Source of the DNA: Mobula hypostoma
Lineage: Eukaryota
DNA length: 64,000 bases
Direction of reading: 5' to 3'
NCBI RefSeq assembly: GCF_963921235.1
Contig: NC_086108.1
Coordinates: 36,520,001 to 36,584,000, forward strand
The notes below the pieces were generated by a model. That model saw only the letters and a list, made by a program, of their open reading frames with translations, was not told the origin of the DNA and did no database searches. Shown piece after piece: positions 12,873-25,306 of the stretch; the stretch's first letter is position 1, and every line of letters begins with the position of its first letter. A program made the position numbers and the translations under genes.

Positions 12873-14470
12873 TTAAACACAATGCCCAATCCAGGTGTAA
12901 AAGGCAGTGACATGGCTCCACAACACAGTAGGGGTCACGCTCTGTTCCCCTGGTGCTACGTAGGCCAACCTATCCGGTGGTCTCCTAATTCTCTGAGACC
13001 TCCGCACCCCATCATCTAACTCTTCAGGTTCCGACACTACTGGGGATACTTCTGGTCTACCTGGCGAGGACTCTCCCGACCTATCAATCGTGCCCACCTG
13101 CAACTCGGAGCCCTCTGTCCCCTGATCAAACCCTGCTTCCTCCCCTGCAGAGTCCCGCTGCAACCCAGGCTGCCCACAGATAGCAACCCCCTCCACTTCA
13201 CTTGTCTCAATGGGAGAAGGGCTGGGAGTCTCTTCCTCAGTTACTGGGGAGTTAGCAAAAGGCAGCATATACCACACATCCAGGTCCTCATCCTTCAAAT
13301 CAGTATCCCTCTCAGGGGTGGGGGCCGGCCTAACCTCACCTGTTGGGGGCCCGGTAGTTGCCCCGCGTTTCCGCAGAATCCTCTTATTAAGTGTAGGCTC
13401 CAAGTTGGGTTCTGGGTCTACCTGCACCTCTAGACCCAGGGGCAACAAGTGGTTCTGATGGAGAATCTTGACAGGCCCATTCCCATCCTCTGGTTTCACC
13501 CGGAAATCTGGTAGATTTGGCATCTGACCTTCACCACATAGGGCGTAGCCGCCCAGCGGTCTGCCAACATATGCTTTCCAGGTAGCCCCAGTTCCTTATA
13601 AGGACTCTGTCTCCCAGCAGGAGTTGGGAGAACCTCACCTTTTGATCATACCTCTTCTTATTCCCTTGATTCTGCTTGGCTGCCGCGACTCCAGCCTATT
13701 CATAAGCCCTTTTCAGCTCTCTTCTCATATCAGACACGGACTCTAGATAAATCTTAGGTGGTAAGTCGTCCTCATCAGTCCCAAAACAAAGGTCAATGGG
13801 CAACCTTGCCTCGTGCCCAAACATCAGATAATATGGCGAGTACCCTGTAGCTTCATTTCGTGTACAATTATAACTGTGAACCAGATGCCCAATATGTTGA
13901 CTCCACCTGCTCTTCTTGCTGATCTCCAGGGTCCCGAGCATATCTAACAAGGTCCAATTAAACCTCTCAGGCTGGGGATCACTCTGCGAATAATAGGGCG
14001 TGGTCCTCGACTTCTTGACTCCAAGTATGCCCAGTAACTCATGGATGAGTCTGCTCTTGAAATCCCGTCCCTGATCATTATATATCCACCTGGGAAGGCC
14101 ATAGTAAACAAAATACTTCTCCCATAACACTTTTTCCATCGTAGATGCCCTCTAGTCCTTGGTAGGAAAAGCCTGAGCATATCTGGTATTGTGGTCCGTG
14201 ATGACTAAGACATTCGCCATGTTGCTGGCATCGGGTTCTATTGACAGGAAATCCATACACACCAGGTCCTGAGACCCAGCACTCTGCAGGTGGGACAAGG
14301 GAGCTGCCCGCATAGGCAGTGTCTTCCGCTATGTGCATCAAATGCATGACTTGCAGTATCCTTCAACCTCTGACTTCATTTGGGGCCAATAAAACTGGTC
14401 TCTGAGCAATCCTTCGGTCTTTTCCACCCCCAAATGTCCAGAATTATCACAAAGAAATTTCAACTCCAGA
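12873..14470 (-). pseudogene. Gypsy integrase (HHCC, DDE core, C-terminal extension), disrupted
   Basis: GHLGVEKT..FYWP..YCKSC; YGLPRWIYNDQGRDF..RTTPYY..QPERFN; RRSQRIRRPPDRL. Confidence 0.92.
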
Positions 14471-15600
14471 AATTCCGACTTGTGCGTGGGGTAGTTTTTC
14501 TCAGAGGGCGACAGACTCTGGCTGACAAATGCAACGGGCCTCAACCTGGAGCCCTGATCCTGATACAAAACGCCTCCTAAACCCTCTTGGCTGGCATCTG
14601 TGTGCAGTACATATGGCAATCGGGGGTCCGGAAAAGCCAGCACTGGCGCCTGGGTCAGCAACTCCTTCAGCGATTGAAAGGCCTCCTCATATTCTACATC
14701 CCACCTTGGTCCAAAGGGCTCTGATGGGCTAAGATACTCTCCACCCGCTTGTCCTTTTCTCCCCCTCCCTTTCTTCCCCAAGGGAGGGTAACTGCACAGA
14801 GGCTGATTCAAAGGGTGGCTCACTTTCACGCAGCCTTTCACAAACCTCCGATAGTAACCACAGATCTCGAGGAGCAAGCATAGAGTGCTCACAATCTGGG
14901 GACGTAGCCAAGTGGTAACCACCTCGATCTTAGCTGAGTCTGTAACTATCCCATGCCGTGAGACTATGTGCCCAACATAGCTAACAGATATTTGGCAGAA
15001 CTGGCACTTGTCCAGGCAAAGTTTTAACCCTTCAGCTTTCAGGTGGCCCAGCACCTTCAGTAGCCTTGCTTCACGTTCTTCCAAGGTGGATCCGAATACT
15101 ATGAGGTCATCCAGATATACCAATACCTCAAGCAAGTTCGTATCCCCCACCGTCTTCTCAATGACCTGCTGGAAGGTTGCAGGAGCTCCGAGATGCCCTG
15201 GGGCATCCTTTCGAACTGGAAAAATCCCAGGGGACATATAAATGCCATTTTCTCTTTGTCAGCCTCACTCATGGGGATCTGGTAATATCCACTCCTCAAG
15301 TCCAGCACATTGAGCCACTTCACACCACTCAGACAGGCCAGCACATCTTCAATCCTCGGGACAGTATACTGGTCAGGGATGGTATGCCTGTTCAGAGTCC
15401 TGTAGTCCACACACATCCGTACCTTCCCATTCTTCTTTCGGGCCACTACTATTGGGGATGCATAGGAGCTTCAGAACTCGGTGATGAACCCAGCTTCCTT
15501 CAACTTACACAAGTGCTGCTGAATGTCCTCCACTTCTGCAGCAGCCATTCAACGCGACCTTTCTCTGAATGGAGTATCCTCAGTCACCCGATAGTGTGAC
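14470..15600 (-). pseudogene. Gypsy reverse transcriptase and truncated RNase H
   Basis: RMCVDYRTLN, LDLRSGYYQI, MPQG, VYLDD, LHTDAS..GLGGVL. Confidence 0.95.
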
Positions 15601-16620
15601 GCGTGCTCTTGGAACAACCCACATCAAACTCGTCAGTGGAAAAGACACCTTCCAGCTTTAACGTCTTCTCGACCAGCCTCCTTTTCCAATTCGCAGGAAC
15701 CGGGGAGGCTCCAAAGTTGAATGACTCAGCGGTCAACTTTCCCCCCATTTCCAACAGTTTCTCCCCGGCTTGTCTCACAGGGACACTAGACATTACCGTC
15801 ACTGGGAACAAATGCACCAGGGGCATCCCCCGCTTGAAGGTGACCTCCCTCTTCGTAGTGTTCCTGATAATCACTGCCATCCTGCTTGCCTGTACAACCG
15901 AGGGCTTCTGCAATTTGGGCCTCACCAGTACCCCAGCAGGAAATCTCGACTCCCACCGTGGTCTTCTGGGAGCGTTCACTAAGAGGGCTTCGCCCTCGGA
16001 CATTCTGGGAAATTTGGGGGTCTCCATCACTCTTGCTACTTCCCCAGGGCGTACCACCATTGGCTTCGACTGGGTGAACAACACAGTCCCTCATCTAAAT
16101 TCAGTATCTGGCCTGATGCAGCCACGCACTTCCTCAAAAGCCGCTCGAAACACTGGGTGCACAGACAATGTTCCCAGAAAGCTCTCGCCGGCCTTCTCCC
16201 TGCAGGCCCCCATGAGCCTCCTCACAAGAGGGGTTTTGGTCCCCACCAGAATTGAAACGCCGCCCTTCTCAATGGGATCCGGACAAACCAGCACCACTGT
16301 ATCAAGAACCTCAGACACTCCCACATCGGCCTCTGAGAACTCCAACTTCAGTGACAAATAACTGTCGTATGGATAATCACTGGCACTAAGCCCCCAGATC
16401 TCCAGTGCCCTGAATGGTGTCAATGGTCAATGTTTCAGATACCGGTTGTAAAACGAACAGTACAACAATGGGACCTGTGACCTGGTGTCGAGTATGGCTT
16501 TTGCATAAATACCCTCTATTCGTAGCGACACACTAGAGCATAGACCCACTAAGCCTTCAGGAATTGGGCCTTTCTCTTTCGGGGGGGGGGGTTCCTTGGT
16601 ACATTGCTGGGAATGTGTTC
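15584..16620 (-). pseudogene. Gypsy aspartic protease plus spacer domain
   Basis: AKAILDTRSQV (decayed DTGS), ILVGT; beta-rich spacer VIIRNTTKREVTFKRG. Confidence 0.8.
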
Positions 16621-16787
16621 CCCCAGAGATACCAGGCCGTTCCCTCACTGGGTCTCCTCTGGGTCATCCCAACGACTCTCCCTGCTTAGGTACCTGGGAG
16701 CTCACTCTCCTTTTGGCGTAACACCTGCTTCCAGCAGCCCTCCACATTGTTCTTCCCCTTGGGGGATCTGCCCCCTCATCAGCTCCA

Positions 16788-17852
16788 TTGTGGTTTCCCT
16801 TCTGCCGTCATCAATGATGCCCTCACCCGCATCGCCTCCATTTCCCGCAGTTCGGCCCTCACCCCATCCTTCCGTCACCACAACAGGGACAGGGTTCCCC
16901 TTGTCCTCACCTACCACCCCACCAGCCTCCGGATCCAGCACATTATCCTCCGCAACTTCCGCTACCTTCAACAGGACCCCACCACGAAGCATATCTTTCC
17001 CTCTCTACCCCTCTCCGCTTTCTGCAGGGATCATTCCCTTTCTGGTCCACACGTCCCTCCCCACAGATCTCCCATCCAGCACTTATCCCTGTAAGCGTAA
17101 GTGCTACACCTGTCCCTACACCTCCTCTCTCACCACCATTCAGGGCCCCAAACAGTCCTTCCAGGTGAGGCAACACTTCACTTGTGAGTCTGTTGGGGTC
17201 ATGTATTGTATCCGGTGCTCCCGGTGCGGCCTCCTCTACATCGGTGAAACCCGACGCAGATTGGGGGACCGCTTCGTCGAGCACCTCCGCTCCGTCCGCC
17301 AAAACAGACAGGATCTCCTGTTTGCCACCCACTTCAACTCTGCTTCCCACTCCCATTCAGATATGTCCATACATGGCCTCCTCTACTGCCGTGATGAGGC
17401 TAAACTCAGGTTGGAGGAGCAACACCTCATATACTGTCTGGGTAATCTCCAGTCCCGGGGTATGAACATAGAATTCTCCAACTTCTGGTAATTCCCTCCC
17501 CCTCCCTTCCTCTATCCCAGTTTCACTCTGCCCCTCCTCCAGCTGCCTACCACCTCCCTCTTGGTTCAAGCTCCTTCTGCCACCCATTGTGTTTTCCCCT
17601 ATTCCTTCTTCACCTTTCCTGCCTATCACCTCCCTGCTTCGCCTCCCCCACCCCTTTATCTTTCCCCTTACTGGTTGTTCACCTGGTATCTACCAGCCTT
17701 CTCCTTCCCACCCTCCCCCCACCTTCTTTATAAGGCCTCTGCCCCCTCCCCCTACTGTCCTGATGAAGGGTCTCGGCCCGAAATGTTGACTGTTCATTTC
17801 CATGGATGCTGCCCGACCTGCTGAGTTCCTCCAGCGTGTTGTGCGTGTTGCT
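16788..17852 (+). mobile_element. Penelope-like element 3' fragment (GIY-YIG endonuclease + hammerhead tail) inserted in Gypsy gag
   Basis: RVPLVLTYHP; FTCESVGVMYCIRCSRCGLLYIGETRRRLGDRFVEH; CTGATGA..GAAA at about 17757-17791. Confidence 0.93.
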
Positions 17853-18740
17853 AGGACTGTATCTTGCTGATGGAGTCCTCCCGCACCTCCGCCGCATCCT
17901 CCTCTTCCTGTAACTCTCTGATCAGCTCAACAAAAGATGGAGGGGCGCGTCTTACGAGACTGTCGGAGACCCCAAGCAATCAGATCATGGGACTAGACGC
18001 CCCTAGCTATCTTAACTGATCCACCTCAGCTGGCGGAATGACCCCTCTGCGCTACAAGCAATTTAGCTGCCTCTCTAGCCGAAAAATAAAAGCAGAAAGC
18101 TTCTCCCCCTTCTCCTGAAGCATGTTCTGAAACCCCACCATGAGCTCCAGTGGGCTTCCTATTGGGTCAAAAGCATTGTCCAATGCTTGGCGATAATTGA
18201 CAGCTGTTGCTACGGGATACCGCAACCTGACAGCTCTCACAACGTCTGCGGCCCGCCCACTCAAACTTTCAACCAATTTCTGCCACTTTACGTTATCAGA
18301 GCATTGCCACTCATCTAGCAACTGAGAGGTCTGCTCCACCCAAGTCTCATACTCCCCCTCCCCTTTAGGGGTGGGCATTATTCCAGAGAATAGGTGGAGC
18401 CTATTTGAATCTGATTTTTCCATTTCTTCGCCAGAGAAGTAAGGGCGGATACTAACTCAGAATTCTCACCCTTCACCAGGGGACGTGGACTAATTAGACA
18501 TTCCAAATCTGACTACTCTTTCCCCTCCCTTCTCAGAAATGAGAGAACCCTGTCTTTGAAATCTCCGCCCCCAGCTTCCACTACCTCAGTGCTGGTCTGC
18601 ATTAAAACAAGAGCTGCGCTGGCCATTTTATCAAACCTCCGCCCACGATCACAACTTTAACAGCAGTTAACAGTGGAATTAACAATTCATCCGGAGTACA
18701 AATATCTGCCCCACTGTTTCATTGCTCAGGGTAATCACAC
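17853..18740 (-). pseudogene. Gypsy Gag, PNMA/Ma-like capsid
   Basis: RLHLFSGIMPTPKGEGEYETWVEQ..WQCSDNVK.QKLVESLSGRAADVV..QEKGEKLSAFIFRLE; C-terminal part continues at about 16620-16787. Confidence 0.88.
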
Positions 18741-18757
18741 AGCATCGAATGGAATCA

Positions 18758-18775
18758 GTCCCAGATGAGCCCCCA
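18758..18775 (-). promoter_or_regulatory. Primer-binding site, tRNA-Pro
   Basis: TGGGGGCTCATCTGGGAC, 15/18 match to the canonical Pro PBS TGGGGGCTCGTCCGGGAT, 4 nt inside the 5' LTR end. Confidence 0.85.
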
Positions 18776-18779
18776 CAAT

Positions 18780-21700
18780 TGTAACTCTCGCTCGGCTAGC
18801 AGCTTAATATAGGGGGTGATAGCCCCTGGCTAAGCCAAACTTAAGGAATCTTGTCTGGGTGGATGCTGTGCAATGAGTCCCCTGTTACAAATCAGTACCC
18901 CGAAATAACAAACAGTACACAATATGCGATTGAACGATTAAGCTTTATAATTCCTACTTTGACTATATGGTTAGTAAACATAGAACATAGAACATAGAAT
19001 AGTACAGCACAGTACAGGCCCTTTGGCCCACAATGTTGTGCCGACCCTCAAACCCTGCCTCCCATATAACCCCCATAAATTCCTCCATATACCTTTCTTG
19101 TAGTCTCTTAAACTTCACGAGTGTATCTGTCTCCACCACTGACTCAGGCAGTACATTCCATGCACCAACCACTCTCTGAGTAAAAAACCTTCCTCTAATA
19201 TCCCCCTTGAACTTCCTACCCCTTACCTTAAAACCATGTCCTCTTGTATTGAGCAGTGGTGCCCTGGGGAAAAGGCACTGGCTATCCACTCTATTTATTC
19301 CTCTTATTATCTTGTACACCTCTATCATGTCTCCTCTCATCCTCCTTCTCTCCAAAGATTAAAGCCCTGGCTCCCTTAATCTCTGATCATAATGAATACT
19401 TCTCTAAAACAGTTAGCATCCTGGTAAATCTCCTCTGTAACCTTTCCAGTGCTTCCACATCCTTCCTATAGTGAGGCGATCAGAGCTGAACACAGTACTC
19501 CAAGTGTGGCCTCATCAGAGTTTTATAGAGCTGCATCATTACATCACGACTCTTAAACTCTATCCCTCGACTTATGAAAGCTAACACCCCATAAGCTTTC
19601 TTAACTACCCTATCTAACTGTGAGGCAACTTTCAGGGATCTTTGGACATGTACCCCGAGATCCCTCTGCTTCTCCACGCTACCAAGTATCCTGCCATTTA
19701 CTTTGTACTCTACCTTGGAGTTTGTCCTTCCAAAGTGTAACACCTCACACTTCTCCGGATTGAACTCCATCTGCCACTTCTCAGCCCAGTTCTGCATCCT
19801 ATCAATGTCTCGCTGCAATCTTTGACAATCCTCTACACTATCTACAACACCACCAACCTTTGTGTCGTCTGCAAACTTGCCAACCCAGCCTTCTACCCCA
19901 ACATCCAGTTCGTTAATAAAAATCACGAAAAGTAGAGGTCCCAGAACAGATCCTTGTGGGACACCACTAGTCACAATCCTCCAGTCTGAATGTACTCCCT
20001 CCACCATGACCCTCTGCCTTCTGCAGGCAAGCCAATTCTGAATCCGCCTGTCCAAACTTCCCTGGATCCCATGCCTTCTGACTTTCTGAATAAGCCTACC
20101 GTGTGGAACCTTGTCAAATGCCTCACTAAAATCCATATAGATCACATCCACTGCACTACCCTCATCTATATGCCTGGTCACCTCCTCAAAGAACTATATC
20201 ATGCTTGTTAGACATAATCTGCCCTTCACAAAGCCATGCTGACTGTCCCTGATCAGACCATGATTCTCTAAATGCCCATAGATCCTATCTCTAAGAATCT
20301 TTTTCAACAGCTTTCCCACCACAGACGTAAGACTCACTGGTCTATAATTACCCGGACTATCCCTACTACCTTTTTTGAACAAAGGGACAACATTCGCCTC
20401 CCTCCAATCCTCCGGTACCATTCCGGTGGACAACAAGGACATAAAGATCCCAGCCAGAGGCTCAGCAACCTCTTCCCTTGCCTCATGGAGCAGCCTGGGG
20501 AATATTCTGTCAGGCCCCAGGGATTTATCCGTCCTAATGTATTTTAACAACTCCAACACCTCCTTTCCCTTAATATCAGCATGCTCCAGAACATCAACCT
20601 CATTCATATTGTCCTCACCATCATCAAGTTCCCTCTCATTGGTGAATACCGAAGAGAAGTATTCATTGAGGACCTTGCTCACTTCTACAGCCTCCAGGCG
20701 CATCTTCCCACCTTTATCTCTAATCGGTCCTACCTTCACTCCTGTCATCCTTTTGTTCTTCACGTAATTGAAGAATGCCTTGGGGTTTTCCTTTACCCTA
20801 CTCGCCAAGGCCTTCTCCTGCCCCCTTCTTGCTCTTCTCAGCTCCTTCTTAAGCTCCTTTCTTGCTTCCCTATATTCCTCAATAGACCCATCTGATCTTT
20901 GCTTCCTAAACCTCATTTATGCTGCCTTCTTCCACCTGACTAGATTTTCCACCTCACTTGTCACCCATGATTCCTTCATCCTCCCATTCTTTATCTTCCT
21001 CACCGGGACAAATTTATCCCTAACATCCTGCAAGAGATCCCTAAACATCGACCACATGTCCATAGTACATTTCCCTGCAAAAACATCATCCCAATTCACA
21101 CCTGCAAGTTCTGGCCTTATAGCCTCATAATTTGCCCTTCCCTAATTAAAAATTTTCCTGTCCTCTTTGATTCTATCCTTTTCCATGATAATGCTAAAGG
21201 CCAGGGAGTGGTGGTCACTGTCCCCCAGATGCTCACCCACTGAGAGATCTGTGACCTGACCTGGTTCATTACCTAGTACTTGATCTTGTGTGACATCCCC
21301 CTAGTCGGCCTGTCCACATACCGTGGCAGAAATCCGTCCTGGACACACTTAACAAACTCTGCCCCATCTAAACCCTTGGAACTAATCAGGTGCCAATCAA
21401 TATTAGGGAAGTTAAAGTCACCCATGATAACAACCCTGTTATTTTTGCACCTTTCCAAAATCTGCCTCCAAATCTGCTCCTCTGTATCTCTGCTGCTACC
21501 AGTGGGCCTAAAGAATACCCCTAACAGAGTAACTGCTCCCTTCCTGTTCCTGACTTCCACCCATACTGACTCAAAAGAGGATCCTGCAACATTACCCACC
21601 CTTTCTGTAGCTGTAATATTATCCCTGACCAGTAATGCCACCCCTCCTCCCCTCCCCCCCCCATCCCTTTTAAAGCACTGAAATCCAGGAATATCGAGAA

Positions 21701-23480
21701 TCCATTCCTGCCCTGGTGCCAGTCAAGTCTCTGTAATGGCCACTGCATCATAATTCCATGTATGTATCCAAGCTCTCAGTTCACCACCTTTGTTCCTGAT
21801 GCTTCTTGCATTGAGGTACACACACCTCAGCCTTTCTACCTTACTACTTTTACACTGTTTATTCTGCTTCTCTTTCCTCAACGCCTCTCTATATGTTAGA
21901 TCTGGCTTTACTCCATGCACTTCTTTCACTGCTCTATCATTCCGGGTCCCATCCCCCTTGCAAATTAGTTTAAACCCTCCCGAACCATGCTAGCAAACCT
22001 ACCTGCAAGGATATTGCTCCCCCTCGAGTTCAGGTGCACCCCATCCAATCTGTACAGGTCCCCCCTTTCCCAGAAGAGATCCCAATGATCCAAAAATCTA
22101 AAACCCTGCTCCCTGCACCAACTCCTCAGCCACGCATTCAACTGCCATCTCCTCCAATTCTTACAATCACTGTCACGTAGCACTGGCAGCAATCCTGAGA
22201 ACGCCACCCTTGAGTCCTGTTCTTTAGCCTTTTGCCTAGTTCCTGAAACTCACACTTCAGGACCTCATCCCTCTTCCTGCCTATGTTGTTGGTACCAACA
22301 TGTATCATGACTTCTGGTTGCTTTCCCTCTCGTACCAGGATGTTGTGCACCCGGTCAGAGACACCTTGGACCCTGGCACCCGGGAGGCAACAAACCATGC
22401 GGGTGTCCTTCTCACGTCCACGAAACCTCCTGTCTGCTCCCCTGACTATGAAGTCTCCAATGACGACAGCTCTCCTCTTCTCCGTCCCACCCTTCAGCAC
22501 CACCGGGTCAGACTCAGTGCAGGAGGCCCTGCCACCGTGGCTCACACCTGGTCGGCCGTCCCTGCCAACAGTATCCAGGATGGTAAACTTATTATTCAGG
22601 GTATGGCTACAGGTGTACTCTGCACTACCTGTCTGCTCTCCTTCACTTTCCCCCCTCTGACTGTCACCCAACGACCTGCTTCCGACAGCCTAGGTGTGAC
22701 TACCTCCCTGTAGCTCTCATCTATGACTGCCTCATTCTCCCTTATGAGTCGAAGGTCATCCAGCTGCTGCTCCAGATTCATTACATGGTCTTCCAGATCG
22801 CCCAGCCGTATGCACTTCTGGCAGATGTGACTCTGCGGGAGAGGGGTGTTCCCCCAAGACTGCCACATCTCACATGAGAGGCACATCACCGTCTCAGGAG
22901 GCATTGTAAGGACTAACTGCGAGCAAGCTTGTCCTCCGCCTCTTCCCGTCAAAGCCTCTCTAGTCAAAGCCTCAAAACTCCACTCCTTCACTGGCTCACT
23001 CACTCACTGGCCGCTTTCCACAGGCCGCTCCGCTTGAGCTACCCCTCCATTTATCTGTTTGAGCTTTTCAAAATGCTTGGTCACCTGACCTCGATTGCCC
23101 AATCAGCTGCTTTCTGCTGAGTCTGAGCTATTCAAATCTAAAGAAAATGAAAAAAAAGAAAAAGGACCCAATCTTATGAAACAGTCTATTGCACAATGTT
23201 GGAGCTCACTGATAAGCTGGTTGTTTACCATCGACCTCCTCCGATTGTCGCTGTCCTTTGGATCCTTGCTCCGAGTCCACCCTGTCCAGTGGTCTACCAA
23301 CTCTCTCCATTTGCGTCTTCTCTCCTCATCTCTCCCCAGCCAAAGACCGCGAAAATCTCTCTTCCAGACTCTCAAGAAAGAACAACAGCATTCCAAACCC
23401 TGTTATCTCTAGTCATAAACCAAATATTGCTGCTACAGAGAATCCATTACATTATCAGTGAAACCTTACAGCATGATACA
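18780..23480 (-). repeat. Gypsy 5' LTR, split by a CR1 (18780-18978 and 23139-23480)
   Basis: The two halves rejoin to match 12303-12809 across ggttagtaaa|gaaaatgaa. Confidence 0.92.
18979..23138 (-). mobile_element. Full-length CR1 LINE (5' UTR, ORF1 zinc finger/coiled coil/SGNH esterase, ORF2 EN+RT), disrupted
   Basis: ORF1 CLSCEMW..CQKC, VIGDFIVRG, CLPGARV, HVGTNNIG, DGVHLN; ORF2 NARS, GDFN, KFADD; (TTCTATG)n tail; possible TAAA TSD. Confidence 0.95.
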
Positions 23481-23844
23481 GTAGGAAATTGGGATTTGCT
23501 AGATGAACATCATAGTTAGCATGGACTGGTTGGGCTGAAGGGCTTGTATCTGTGCTGTAATGCTGTATTATTCTATTCATATAATAGGACAAATAGCTTG
23601 GTCTGTAACAGAGTGAGCAACACCAGATATCAGTCTCTGTGCTTCTAGAACCTTCCATATTGTGGTAAGGTCATGGTAGTCTCAGACCACAAAAGGCAAA
23701 GCAAGATCTGGAGCTGGAAAGCAATGCCAAATCCAAAAGCTCTCCAACTGATTACTACTACTTTATCAGCAGCCAAGTGCCAATTAATCACCACTATTAC
23801 ACTATAGCTGTGGAATAAACTCCTTTAGTTAACTGAGGTGCCAA

Positions 23845-24350
23845 CTTTGGTTCACAACTCTGAGTCAGTATGTAGGTGATTTAAGTCCAACTCGAAAGAC
23901 TTGAATAGAAATTCTCGGGTAAAAATTCAGCACAATGGTGAGGGAGCTTTATACTGTTTAAGGTAGGAATCCCAGCTGCCAGATGTAACATTGACTATGT
24001 TCTGCTTACTCTAACCGGTTGAAGAACAGCAACTTCTTATCTTATTTTTCTGTTTCATTATTTAGAGAAACAAGCTCATGCTGCCCAATTACCTCCATGT
24101 CACCTATTAACCTACTAACCCCTATGTCTTTGGAATGTAGGAGGAAACCAGAGCACCCAACGGAAATCCACATGTTTACAGGGAGAACGTACAAACTTCT
24201 TACAGATAACTGAACCCAGGTTGTTGGCACTAAAATAGTGTTATGCTAACCACTACGCTCCTGTGCCGTCCTAGTACCGTGGCTAATATTTTACCTGTAA
24301 CAAACTTCACTTACACGGACTATTCGCTCATCACCTCTTTGCTGATGGTT
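23845..24350 (+). mobile_element. Deu-type SINE remnant interrupted by a V-SINE
   Basis: tRNA-like head remnant (ctctgagtcag..ttaagtcc..agacttga) and Deu-like segment ggctaatatttt..aacttcact..gactatt after 24280. Confidence 0.45.
24080..24271 (-). mobile_element. V-SINE (HE1-like, tRNA-derived)
   Basis: Minus strand: head gcgtagtggttagc..gggttcag; V domain ggatttccgttgggtgctctggtttcctcctacattccaaagac. Confidence 0.8.
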
Positions 24351-24789
24351 ACCTTTACCATGACTGGGCACGTTGTCGTACTTAATGCACTACCAGAGTG
24401 GTAGTGAGGGGGGATGGCTGTTCTGCATGAGAGTACTCTGCAACAGGTAGAGTTTCCAAGTGGTGTAATCCAGCCTGTAATGTAATGGCTTTCCACTCAA
24501 CTAGTTTATTGTCAAAGTTGTATTTATTGTCATACGCACAGGTGCAATGAAAACATGACAGGCACATGGCTTCATATAAACAACATTCACAAGAAAGACA
24601 GTAAATTAAACATAAATTATGCACAATTTTTACATGCAAGAATACAACTAGAACACAAAAAGCGAAGTCTATTTTAATGCAAAATGATCAATGTCACAGA
24701 ACTGTAGTAATAAAGATTGTGCTAGTTGGTTCTAGAACCAAATAGCCAAAGGGAAGGACCTGTTCTTGAACCATATGGCATGGGTCTTT

Positions 24790-25306
24790 AATAGACAATA
24801 GACAATAGGTGCAGGAGTAGGTCATTCGGCCCTTCGAGTCAGCACTGCCATTCACTGTGATCATGGCTGATCATCCACTATCAGTATCCAGATCCTGCCT
24901 TATCCCCATAACCTTCGATTCTGCTACCTTTAAGAGCTCTATCCATCTCTTTTTTTGAAAGCATCCAGAGACTTGGCCTCCACAGCCTTCTGGGGCAGAG
25001 CATTTTTCCTCAACTCCGTTCTAAATAGCCTACCCCTAATTCTTAAACTGTGGCCTCTGGTTCTGGACTCACCCATCAGCGGGAACATGCTTCCTGCCTG
25101 CAGCGTGTCCAATCCCTTAATAATCTTATATGTTTCAATAAGATCCCCTCTCAGCCTTCTAAATTCCAGAGTATACAAGCCCAGTCGCTCCAATCTTTCG
25201 ACATATGACAGTCCTGCCATCTCGGGAATTAACCTTGTGAACCTACGCTGCACTCCCTCAATAGCAAGAATGTCCCTCCTCAAACTTGGAGACCAAAACT
25301 GCACAC
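24790..25306 (-). mobile_element. CR1 LINE 3' fragment
   Basis: ORF 24939-25304 QFWSPSLRRDILAIEGVQRRFTRLIP; (CTATTGT)n tail. Confidence 0.92.

Larger units (their letters stand above)
12303..23480 (-). mobile_element. Ty3/Gypsy LTR retrotransposon provirus (decayed), both LTRs present
   Basis: LTRs 12303-12809 and 18780-18978 + 23139-23480; GTAG TSD at 12299-12302 and 23481-23484; PBS, PPT and gag-PR-RT-RH-IN order. Confidence 0.95.
7845..23577 (+). mobile_element. Old CR1 3' fragment split into four pieces (about 7845-8040, 11576-11676, 12214-12302, 23481-23577) by later insertions
   Basis: Joined pieces read as one CR1 end: ..GETNTWSI|RFRVKGERFKRD.GNF..WNGLP.AVV|VETD..SFKKHLDR..GLEGYGPNV|G.WD plus 3' UTR (gcatggactggttgggctgaagggc..tgtgctgta). 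Confidence 0.8.

Noticed and set aside
15603..16361. 252-aa + strand ORF
   Set aside because: Antisense shadow of Gypsy pol.
16604..17491. 295-aa ORF that looks like a novel Ser/Pro-rich GIY-YIG protein
   Set aside because: Chance fusion of antisense Gypsy gag with a frameshifted Penelope fragment; no ATG start; only the C-terminal part is real endonuclease sequence.
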